DNA of 64,000 bases. Origin: Eledone cirrhosa. Taxonomy: Eukaryota. This document shows positions 52,301 through 61,698 of the stretch, in pieces; position 1 is the stretch's first letter, and each line of letters opens with the position of its first letter. Made by a program: the position numbers and the translations under genes. The notes beneath the pieces were generated by a model, which was not told where the DNA came from, did no database searches, and was given only the letters and a program-made list of their open reading frames with translations. The stretch covers positions 136,338,001 through 136,402,000 of the forward strand of contig OZ024740.1 in assembly GCA_964016885.1 (NCBI GenBank), given 5' to 3'.

Positions 52301-52757
52301 CGTAGTCCCAGCGTGCATCTAGGATACCATTCCAGTCCCCCACTAATAGCAAGGAGCGGGACGTCCCTAGAAAAGTCTCCAGACGATGGAAGAAGTCCGG
52401 CCGCATTGACCCGAAAGGGCCGTAGGCGGCTACCAACCTAAACGCTCCGCCTTTACCACTGCCAAGGTCCAGAACCACTAGTCGACCCTCCGGGTCCAAA
52501 TGTACCATCTGTGTTGCGAGACCCAGATGTTTTTGCAGCAGAACGACAACTCCACCCCCACCTCCGGGCTGACAGAGAGATGCGTGCATCTCAAAGTCAT
52601 CAAAGGCGGGGGCCAGCTGTCGCACGTTGCTGATCCGGGCCTCGCAAATAACCATCACATCTATACGTTGTGACCTGAGGTCATTTAGAAGCATTGCTTG
52701 CTTCCAAGTTGAGCCCAGGCCACGCGCATTTAAACAGCCTACTCTTAGCATAGCCAT
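49320..52757 (-). CDS. Tx1/L1 ORF2: APE endonuclease, reverse transcriptase and C-terminal Cys/His finger
   Basis: LNARGL, GDWN, YLDR, SDH; KSPGLDGL, DQSKAFD, RQGCPLS, YADD; CPRC..H...C. Confidence 0.93.
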   Translation of the reverse strand: MAMLRVGCLNARGLGSTWKQAMLLNDLRSQRIDVMVICEARISNVRQLAPAFDDFEMHASLCQPGGGGGVVVLLQKHLGLATQMVHLDPEGRLVVLDLGSGKGGAFRLVAAYGPFGSMRPDFFHRLETFLGTSRSLLLVGDWNGILDARWDYVGACPDREGCNSLKGLIGRFDLADRYRLDFPTAPTWTWANRSGSSRSYLDRFLVRIKDKDFLSCPKMRIVGYSDHKLVTCMVNLDRTHRQGPGYWKLNLSLPASRAYRNRISTLVKERLTGAIVNSRWWVSLKREIRVVSIEFSKVLAADRNRKERELIDRVEEAIRSGDVARVLASRTALSQFFDAKHEGCVVRSKIRALGNEGTKAVSWARVTEANSGTKSTIRSLRDLDGRAILEPKQMCEAFQRHFARLFGRGGEPVGNVDFGPYLDGLPRLSDREAKSCEEPISAAEIEDVLSQCGKRKSPGLDGLPYELYLAMPDLFPDLLEAVYCNWQQNGRIPCTVTKGVVTLVRKDENKGDEISNFRPITLLNTELQILAKVLAKRLALVVGNLVGDAQTCAIPSRSIHDNLHLMRYIIERVGNEPGFGGALINLDQSKAFDRVDHGYLDAVLAAAGFGPVFRGWITAMHSSRICSRVKVNGYLSEPFKIARSIRQGCPLSSLLYVLTLEPLLRKLELLQGIPLEPGLRKAVSAYADDVTVMVSTASEIEAVGTLLEEYEKFTGAKLNRDKSIGLQLGTWRGRPMPSDSVVGRWTEGPVKLLGVWFGPDLQVEKNWAEVTNRVFALTQKWASCKLSLKGRAEVANTYIASVIYYRLTVVPCPRETLTKMERALFQFLWKRRAPMVRRSICCQHPSKGGLGMPWLMMRKHALRLRHLYVFLTGQPVWASFVRRTFPRLVSLTELQSWVKQRPRKLGAWHTECAQALTALWQADPVISGDSTATFYRGLVRSRCDDALGEALDMEEDELASLFSRTFSPGPMDNFQKSLAWQCYRGALPVRERLYRHGRPGRDPAKKICPRCVCDEETVAHALVHCSGVADLWGYVEQLLSRVGPIRLTTESIVMIKPPPPFKDEAEAVFLCVIAMAKEVVWWTRLKGLRSGTFLSGQQLVRFFRYHFGRRIRMEREVLHPSRFYERWVKVARMARVNGPSLYIRL

Positions 52758-52781
52758 GTTGGTGGTGAAGAGAAAAGGCAC

Positions 52782-54569
52782 TTACCTCTCTGCGTCCCGG
52801 GTATCGGGCTGCACAATTTCCATTAGGGTGGGGGATGGATTGTTGGGTGGGGTGGTGGTTTGTGGAAGTGTGGGGGCATCAGTGTGTTGTGTGGTTGGGG
52901 AGCTTGGAGTTGTGAGGGTGTTTGGGGAGGGGGTGGGATAGTTTTTTAGGAGGACGCGGTTAATGGGCCCGACGCAGGGGGGACCCACGTCCTCTTTAAA
53001 ATTGTTTTTTAAAGTTTTATAGGTGTCCTGTGGGGCCTTAATCATTTTGAGGTGGGGGAAATCCCCTGCCTGGGTGAAGTTAGGCCCTTGTGTTTTTATT
53101 AGATTGTTGTTGTACACAATGTTTAACAGTTTTTTGTTTCTTGTATTTATGTATGTGTATGCATGTTTTTGTTTTTGTGTGGTGTTTTTTGTTTGCTGTT
53201 GTGAGCTCTTTTGTGTTGGTGTCAGTGTTATGTTTTGGGGAGGGGTTTTTTTCATTTGTGTGTCTGAGGTGTGTTTTCTTTTTTTTCTTTTGATTGTGTG
53301 GAAGTGCTCCTCCTCGTCTGACGACGAACTAGGGTCATCTTCCGCGTTGGAGGGGAGGGGTATATTTTCGGGTTGTGTTTGCGGTACGGGTGTTTTGGAA
53401 ATTGTTTTTGTTTTTTGAGTGGAGGGGATGGGTTGGACATTGTTTTGTTTTGGTTTGAGCTGTGGTGGTTGTTTTTGTAGTGGTAGTTGTGGTGATTGTG
53501 TTGGTTGTGCAGTTGTTGGTGGTGTAGGCAGGATTGGGGTTTTCTTATTAAGTTGGGGACAGACAGCCCTCAGGTGACCTCTGGTTCCGCAGAGGTAACA
53601 CGAGGGCCGTCTACCCTCAACGGTAATGTTGATGAAGGTTAGATCATCCAGTATGACGCGTTCAGGGATCTGGGCGATCCTTTCGGGCCTCATTTGAACT
53701 ACAAGTTCGAGGCTCGTTCCACTGAACGCGTCACCCGATGCCTTTCCCATGGACACCAGCATGTCATCCTCCAGGTCCAGAAAACCTGTCAAAACCCACC
53801 ATATGTCCATAATCGGCAGGATGGTGTGGATTTTTATTTTTTGTGTTCTTCTACCCATGTACGTAGGGTAGAAGGTGTATGCGGTGGATGTGATTGGTTT
53901 GATGGACAGTTTCACTGCTGTGTCCCTGTCCTTCATGAGAATGGATAGACTCCCGTAGAGTCTATCCTTCTGAATGAAGGTGATGTCCTTCATGACGTCT
54001 TTTAAAACCAGCTCTATCTCGCTCTGTGATGGTTGAGCTGGTTTTTTACTTTTGTTCGAGATTGTCCTAAACATGACCGTGTTTAGGAGTCTCTGGCTTT
54101 TTAGTTCCGGGGGGGAATGGATTGTGAATGAACCATTTTCCCCGTACACTATATATTTTTTCGCATCCGCCAGTAGCTCCTTCGCTTTTGTTATATCTAC
54201 TGGCAGATAGTCGAGGGTTTTCCTTGTCGTCTCGGCGAAGGAGAAATTTTGTTTGTTTGTGTTGTTGTTGTCGTTGGTGGTGTTGTTGTTATCATTGTTG
54301 TTGTTGTCACCGTTATTGGTCTTGTTGTTATTATTGTTATTGTTATTGGTGTTGTTTTCGTCCGTCGCATTGTTGTTGTTGTTGCTGTTGCTGCTGGTTC
54401 TTTGGGTTGTTGCCATGGCAACGTCAAGTTGTCGGTTAACAGGTGGAGAGAATTCTTCCTCTGGCTGACCTTTCTTCTTGACCTCTGCTACTGTGACAGT
54501 GGCAGGGGGAAGCTGTAAGTTCATCTTCCCCTTTCCTCCTTCGAATTTTGGTGAAGAAGCTTCGGCCAT
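52782..54569 (-). CDS. Tx1/L1 ORF1: Asn-rich N-terminus, CCHC zinc knuckle, Pro/Gln/Thr-rich linker, basic patch
   Basis: 595 aa; CYLCGTRGHLRAVC; KRKKRKH. Homologous to the E2 ORF1 pieces. Confidence 0.88.
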   Translation of the reverse strand: MAEASSPKFEGGKGKMNLQLPPATVTVAEVKKKGQPEEEFSPPVNRQLDVAMATTQRTSSNSNNNNNATDENNTNNNNNNNNKTNNGDNNNNDNNNTTNDNNNTNKQNFSFAETTRKTLDYLPVDITKAKELLADAKKYIVYGENGSFTIHSPPELKSQRLLNTVMFRTISNKSKKPAQPSQSEIELVLKDVMKDITFIQKDRLYGSLSILMKDRDTAVKLSIKPITSTAYTFYPTYMGRRTQKIKIHTILPIMDIWWVLTGFLDLEDDMLVSMGKASGDAFSGTSLELVVQMRPERIAQIPERVILDDLTFINITVEGRRPSCYLCGTRGHLRAVCPQLNKKTPILPTPPTTAQPTQSPQLPLQKQPPQLKPKQNNVQPIPSTQKTKTISKTPVPQTQPENIPLPSNAEDDPSSSSDEEEHFHTIKRKKRKHTSDTQMKKTPPQNITLTPTQKSSQQQTKNTTQKQKHAYTYINTRNKKLLNIVYNNNLIKTQGPNFTQAGDFPHLKMIKAPQDTYKTLKNNFKEDVGPPCVGPINRVLLKNYPTPSPNTLTTPSSPTTQHTDAPTLPQTTTPPNNPSPTLMEIVQPDTRDAER

Positions 54570-54780
54570 TTAAAAAAATATTGACTTTTCAACAAGAAAA
54601 AACTTTTTTTTTGTTTAACTATTTCGCCTAAAGGCGTAAAATATTTTGAGAGACTGACCAGATCAAAGTTTGACCTGGCAGTCCCTCTACAAAATGGTAC
54701 AAAAATTAAAGTTATCAGACAAGAATTTCTATAGAAATTTAAACAGAACTTACTCAGCAAGTTATACGCGTGTGTCCATC

Positions 54781-54858
<78 letters not shown>

Positions 54859-54870
54859 GGATATAGATAG

Positions 54871-54960
<90 letters not shown>
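54781..54960. repeat. (AGAT)~45 microsatellite: tail of E1b, abutting the 5' end of E1
   Basis: Directly visible. Confidence 0.95.
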
Positions 54961-55335
54961 TTCTTTATTAGCCACAAGGGCGCACAAGAAAAGGGGACAA
55001 TACAAATACATGCCGGGGATTTAACATACAGTCATGTAAAAAATATAAAACAAACAATTATAACAATCGAAATCCCCAATAGGGGGGAAGCGCCACAAAT
55101 GCGTTGTTTAATATCCCGTCGATAGAAAAACCCTCAACTTCAGGAGCGTGTTGTGCAGGTGCTCCTTTCTTCCTTTTGCTCTCTTCTTTAACCTACAGGC
55201 TTACAAACAGAGAAGGCCCAATCACTCGGGCCATTTTTGCCACTTTCACCCACCTTTCAGTAAATTTACTGGGGTTCAGTGCCTCTCTCTCCACTCTGAT
55301 TCTCCTTCTAAAGTGATACTTAAAGAAGGGAATCA
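54961..55335 (-). mobile_element. Tx1 element E1b, heavily 5'-truncated
   Basis: FFKYHFRRRIRVEREAL..ERWVKVAKMARVIGPSLFVSL*, followed by the 3' UTR and AATAAAGAA. Confidence 0.88.
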
Positions 55336-55344
55336 AGATAAAAG

Positions 55345-58300
55345 ATAAATAGATAGATAGATAGATATGTTTCTTTATTAGCCACAGGGGCACAAAAGAA
55401 GGGGACAAATACAAAGGGGGAAGTTTACATACAATAACGTGTAAATTATTATCACAAATGTAATTTAAAAGTTAATCGATTTTCCCCAATAGGGAGAGAC
55501 ATTTCATATAGGTAACACATACCCCCGAAAAAAATGTGCAACCCTCACCTCCAGGAGTACGAAGAGTTTGTACCCCTTTCCTCTCTTCCTCCTTTTCCTC
55601 AACCTACAAGCTGATATAGAGAGAAGGCCCATTCACTCGGGCCATTCTCGCAACTTTCACCCACCTTTCATAAAACTTGCTGGGGTACAGCACCTCTCTC
55701 CCCATCCTGATTCTTCTTCGAAAGTGGTATTTGAAAAAAAGAACCTGTTGTTGGCCGGAGAGAAAGGTGTCTGACCTCAGCCCTTTTAAACTCGTCCACC
55801 ATACAACCTCTCCTTAGTTTTTGAAGGAGGGTGGCGGTTTGATTATGACAATGGACTCGGTGGTCAACTGCGGTCCCACCCGCGACAATAGTCGTTCTAC
55901 ATAGTCCCACAGGTCGGTAACGCCCGGGCAGTGTACAAATGAGTGCGCGACGGTTTACTCGTCGCGCACGCATCTCGGACAAATCTTTTTCGAAGGGTCC
56001 CTGCCCGGGCGCCCGTGTCTGTAGAGTTTGTCTCGAACTGGTAGAGCTCCACGGTAGCACTGCCAGGCCAGGGACTTTTGGAAGTTGTCCATCGGTCCCG
56101 GGCGGAAGGTTCTACCGAACAGACTAACCAGTTCGTCTTCCTCTACGCCCAGAGTTTCTCCGAGCGCGTCGTCGCACTTGCTGCGGACCAACGCTCTATA
56201 GAATGACGAAGTGGAGTCTCCACTGATCGCCGGGTCCACCTGCCAGAGGGCTGTGAGCGCCTCAGCACATTCGATGTGCCAGTCGCCCATTTTCCTCGGT
56301 CTTTGCATGACCCAGGACTGCAGCTCGGTCAGCGAGACGAGTCCTGGGAATGCTCGCCTCACGAACAGGGCCCACACCGGTTGTCCGGTGAGGAATACGT
56401 GGAGGTGCCGCAGCCTGAGCGCGTGTTTGCGCATCGTCAGCCACGGCATCCCCAGCCATCCATTTGAAGGGTGTTGGCAGCAGATGGATCTTCTCACCAA
56501 AAGAGCCCACTTCTTCCAAAGGAATTGGAAGAGCGCGCGCTCCATTTTGGTGAGCTTTTTGGCTGGACAAGGCACGACAGTCAAGCGGTAGTAGATGACG
56601 GACGCTATAAAAGTGTTCGCCACCTCCGCTCGACCTTTCGAGGATAGTTTGCACTCGGTCCACTTCTGGGTGAGTGCAAACACCTTGGCCGTCACCTCGT
56701 TCCAGTTCTTCTCCACCTGGAGGTCCGGACCAAACCGGACCCCGAGCAGCTTTACCGGTCCTTCCGTCCAGCGTCCGACGACGCCATCAGAAGGCATCGG
56801 TTTGCCTCTCCACGATCCGAGTTACAAACCGATGGACTTGTCCCGGTTCAGCTTCGCTCCTGTGAACCTTTCGTATTCCTTCAGTAAGGTGCCAACTTCC
56901 TCGATTTGTGAGGTGCTCGACACCATTACTGTCACGTCGTCGGCGTAGGTCGACGCCGCTTTCCGCAGTCTCGGTTCCAGAGGGATGCCCTGCAATAGCT
57001 CCAACTTCCGCAGTAGTGGCACGAGAGTCAGTACGTACAGAAGGGAGGAGAGAGGGCATCCCTATCGAATGGATCGCGTGATATGGAACGGCTCTGCGAG
57101 GTAGCCGTTCACCTTGACCCTTGAGCAGATGTTGCTATTGTGCATTGCAGCAATCCAGCCCGGAACACGGGTCCGAAGCCTGCCGCCTCGAGCACCGCAT
57201 CCAGGTAACGATGGTCAACCCTATCGAAAGCCTTTGACTGATCCAAGTTGATCAAGGTTAACACCCTACGCTCTCTATGATGTATCGCATGAGGTGGAGG
57301 TTGTCGTGTATGGACCTGGTCGGGATTGCGCATGCCTGCACTTCTCCCACCAGGTTCTCAACGACAAGCGCCAGCCTCTTTGCCAACACCTTGGCCAAAA
57401 TCTGTGACTCTGTGTTTAGCAGAGTTATGGGCCGGAAGTTGGCTATGTCATCCCCCTTATTCTCGTCCTTCCTGACTAGTGTGTCTACGCCCCTGGTCAC
57501 AGAACTGGGAATTCTCCCGTTCTGCTGCCAGTTGCAGTAGACCGCTTCCAGGAGACCGGAGAACAAGTCCGGCATGGCTACGTAAAATTCGTAGCGTAGA
57601 CCGTCGAGACCTGGAGATTTGCGTTTGCCACATTGGCTCAGCATGTCCCCTATCTCAGCGGCTGAAATAGGGTTTTCGCAGAACTTCGCCTCGCTGTCCA
57701 AGAGTCACGGTAGTCCGTCGAGGTATGGACCGAAATCCATAGCCCCTCCCGGCGCGCCGCCCTGCCCGAACAGTTGAGCAAAGTGCCGCTGAAAGGCCGC
57801 ACACATCTGCTTCGGCTCACGTATCACGCGTCCATCTTGGTCCTTCAAAGACCGAATCGTCGACTTGTTGCCACTTTTTGCCTCCGTCACTCGGGTCCAG
57901 CTAACAGCTTTGGCTCCCTCGTTTCCCAGAGCACGTATTTTGCTTCTGACAACGCCGCCCTCGTGCTTTGTGTCGAAGAACTGGTCCAAGGCCGTTCTCG
58001 TTGCTAGCACGCTGGCTACGTTGCCACTTCTAATTGCCTCTTCTACTTTATCTACCAGTTCCTTCTTGGTTCTATTTCTATCTAACGCTAATTCTTTACT
58101 AAAAACTAACGAGTCTAATCTAACTGCCCTCTTGAGAGGTACCACCATCTGTTGTTGACAATGGCCCCTGTGAAGTGCTGTTTAACTAAAGTGCTAATCC
58201 GTCTACTGTAGGCTTTGCATGTCGGTAACGACAAGTTCAGCTTCCAGTAGCCGGGTCCTTGTCTATGGATTCTATCAAGGTTGACCACGCAGGTCACTAG

Positions 58301-61230
58301 TTTGTGATCTGAATAGGCAACCATGAATATTTGTGGACAGCTTAACATGTCCCTATCCTTATTTCTAACTAGAACCCTATCTAGGTACGATATAGATGTT
58401 CCGCTGCGATTAGTCCACGTCCACAGTGGCACAGTCGGAAAATCTAGTCGATATCTATCGGCCAGGTCAAATCGGCCGATTAACTGTTTGAGGCTGTTAC
58501 ACCCCCCTTTATCGAGACGTGCTCCTACATAGTCCCAACGTGCATCTAGGATTCTATTCCAGTCCCCCACTAAAAGCAAGGAGCGGGACGTTCCCAGAAA
58601 AGTCTCTAAATGTTTGAAGAAGTCTGGCTGCCGTGTCCCGGATGGGGCATATGCGGCCACCAGCCTGAAGGCTCCACCTTTATTACCGTCAAAGTCTAGG
58701 ACCACCAGTTGACCCTCCGGGTCCAGATGTACCGTCTGTGTTACGACGTCCAGGTGTTTCCGCAGCAAAACGGCAACCCCGCCCCCACCTCCCGGCTGAC
58801 AGAGAGATGCGTAGATCTCAAAGTCATCGAAGATGGGGACCACATGTCGCTCGCTGTGGATCCTGGACTCGCAAATGGCTACCACATCCATACTGTGCGA
58901 CCTGGGGTCGTTTAAGAGTTTGACCTGTTTCCAGGGCATCCCCAGGCCGCGTACGTTCACACATCCAACTCTTATATTGGCCATGTTGGTGCTGAAAAGT
59001 TAAAAGCAGAGGAAAAGAAATCACTCACCCTTCGTCTCCTGGGGACCAGGGTGCACGATTTCCATGGGGATGTTGGAGGGGTTGTCTGAGTGGGTGGTGG
59101 TTTCCGGCGGGGTCGGAACGGAGATGTTTGGTGGGGAGGGGTGGTAGGGGGTGTCTGGGGTGGGGAGACATTTGAGAAGGACGCGGTTAAGTGGTTTCAC
59201 GCAGGAATTCCCCACATCCTTTTCAAATGTTTCTTTTAGGGACCTATAAATTTGTATAGGGACCCTAATCAGTTTTAGGTTCAGTTTTTTGTTATTTTTA
59301 ATAGAGTGGACGAAAGTTTTCCCTTCGGTTTTCACCGAAGGGTTGTTCGTGATGGTCCCCATTAATGTTTTGTTTTCAGTCTTTATGTATGTGTAAGTGT
59401 AATTTTCTTGTGTTGTGTTTGTTTTTGTCTGTAGTTCTTGTGTGTGCTTTCGTTTTGTTGTAGGTATTTTGTTTTCAGGAGGTGGGGGTTTTGTCTGTGA
59501 TGTTTTTGTTGTTTGTGTTGGTGGTTGTATGTTTGTGGTAGTGTTTGCTGTTTTTTTGTTTTTGTAGTGTCTTTTCTTTCTTTTCGGGCGATGGGGTTCT
59601 CCCTCGTCTTCACTGGGTGATGACGAGATAGCCTCATCTGTTGTATCGTCTGTGTGATTTGGGAGGGGGTATGTCTTGGGGAGCTGTTGTGTCTGTATCT
59701 GATTTTGCAGTGGTTTTAGGTGGAGTGAGTTGGGTGGGACTGTGTTTGCAGTTTGGTTTTTTTTGTTATTTTTGTGTGTTGTTGTTGTGGTGGTGGTGGT
59801 GGTGGTGGTGGTGGTGGTGGTGGTGGTGGTGGTGGTGGTGGTGGTGGTGGTTGTGTTGTTGTATTGGGTGTCGGCAGTAGTGCCTTTTTTTAATGCAGTT
59901 AATTGAGGACAGGAAGCCCTAAGGTGACCAATGCTTAAACACTGATAACAGGAAGGCCGCCTACCCTCAACAGAAATGTTTATGTAGGAATTTCCATCCA
60001 GAGGCACACGTTGTGGTATTCTAGCTATCCGTTCTGGTCTCATTTGGACCAGAACTTCTAAGCTTGTACCGTTGAATATGCCACTGGAGGACTTTCCCAC
60101 CGAAATTACTGTATCTTCATCAAAATTGATGAAACCAGCAGATGTTTACAAAATTTATGAAACCACCAGATGTTTACATTTGGTGTGATATTTGTTACTT
60201 TTATTTTTTTAGTCCTTTTTCCCATATATGTAGGGGAAAAGGTGTAGAGGGGGGACACAATTGGCGACACAGAATATTTATGTGCCGTCAATTGGTCTTT
60301 CATTATTATTGATAAACTTCCGAAGAGTTTTCCCTTCTGTATGAAGGTAATGTCCTTCATGGAGTTTCTTAGAACCAGCTCAATTTCGTTTTGAGTTAAT
60401 TGAGCTGGTTTTCTGGTGGTATTTGAGATTGTCCTAAAAACTATAGTTTTCAGGGCACACGTTAAGACGGGCGTTGCGGAAAGTGAAAGTAAATTTTTTG
60501 ACAACAATGTGAATTTGTTTGTTGTTTTTTTTACAATGAAAGTTACGATACACACGCAATTGTATGGATTTCTTAATATATATATATATGTGTGGGTGTG
60601 TATATGTGTGTATATATATGTGTCAGTATGTATATATATATGTGTGTTTGTATATATATATATGTGTTTGTGTCATCATCATCGTTTAACGTATATCTAA
60701 AGAAAAAATAATCACACACGCAATACTAATTAACACCATATCACTAAAGAGACCTGTTGTAAATAAACAAACAAATTCACAGTGTACACACATATATACA
60801 CACATATACACACCCACACATATATATATATTAAGAAATCCATACAATTGCGTGCGTATCGTAACTTTCACGGTAAAAAAAAAACAAAAACAAATTCACA
60901 TTGTTGTCAAAAAATTTACTTTCACTTTCCGCAACGCCCGTCTTAACGTATGCCGTTTTCAGGACAGTGTCTCTACGCAATTCTTGGGGAGAAGTGATGC
61001 TAAAAGCGCCATTCTCCCCAACAGTTATATATTGCTTGGCATCTCTTAGCAATTATCCGGCATTAGAGATGTCAATCTGTGTATATAGTTCTGTCTTTTG
61101 GACAGTTTGTGCAAACGAAACTTTTTTTTCCTTGTTTGTGGAGTTGTTCTTGTTGGTGTTGTCATTACTGTTGCTGCTGTTGGTGTTGTTGTCATCATGT
61201 TTGCTGTTGTTGTTGTTGTCATTGTTGTCG

Positions 61231-61302
<72 letters not shown>

Positions 61303-61698
61303 TTGTAGTTCTCAATTGCTTGATTTGTGGTTGTGGAATTCATTTGTGAAGTTGTGTTTTTCACTTGTTAAATATTATTTTGTGCCGTATGTGTTTCCAT
61401 ACTTTTGTTTTGGTGTGATTTATCTCGGTCACTACCTGTTGCCATAGTGACATTCATTTCAACGCTCCCATTTCCATTTTTGGCGGGAAGCGTTTTAATG
61501 TTGACATTCATAGTTAAACAAGTTGTTATAAATTTTTATATGAACATTTTTATGAAAATTTCAATGACTCACCCACTGACAGAGGGTCAATCTATATAGT
61601 GGTATATTTTTTTAAAGCAATAATTTTTTTTTTTTATAAATAAAAGACAAAAACTTACCAGCGTGACTGGCACACAACTTCCTCTATTTCAGACAGAA
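55345..61698 (-). mobile_element. Tx1 element E2, full length, decayed; ORF1 interrupted by a MITE
   Basis: ORF1 pieces ~61511-59021 (CYQCLSIGHLRASC). ORF2 from ATG 58984 to TAG 55604 with frameshifts (GDWN, SDH, YADD). Confidence 0.92.
60454..60954. mobile_element. MITE with ~160 bp TIRs and an 8 bp TSD (Merlin-like)
   Basis: TIRs GGCACACGTTAAGACGGGCGTTGCGG.. and ..CCGCAACGCCCGTCTTAACGTATGCC. TSD GTTTTCAG at 60446-60453 and 60955-60962. Excision restores ORF1 DTVLKTIVFRTIS. Confidence 0.88.

Larger units (their letters stand above)
49031..54780 (-). mobile_element. Tx1-clade L1 element E1, full length, both ORFs open, (ATCT)n on both sides
   Basis: 5' UTR, ORF1, ORF2, 3' UTR with AATAAA, then an (ATCT)6 tail. 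Confidence 0.93.
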
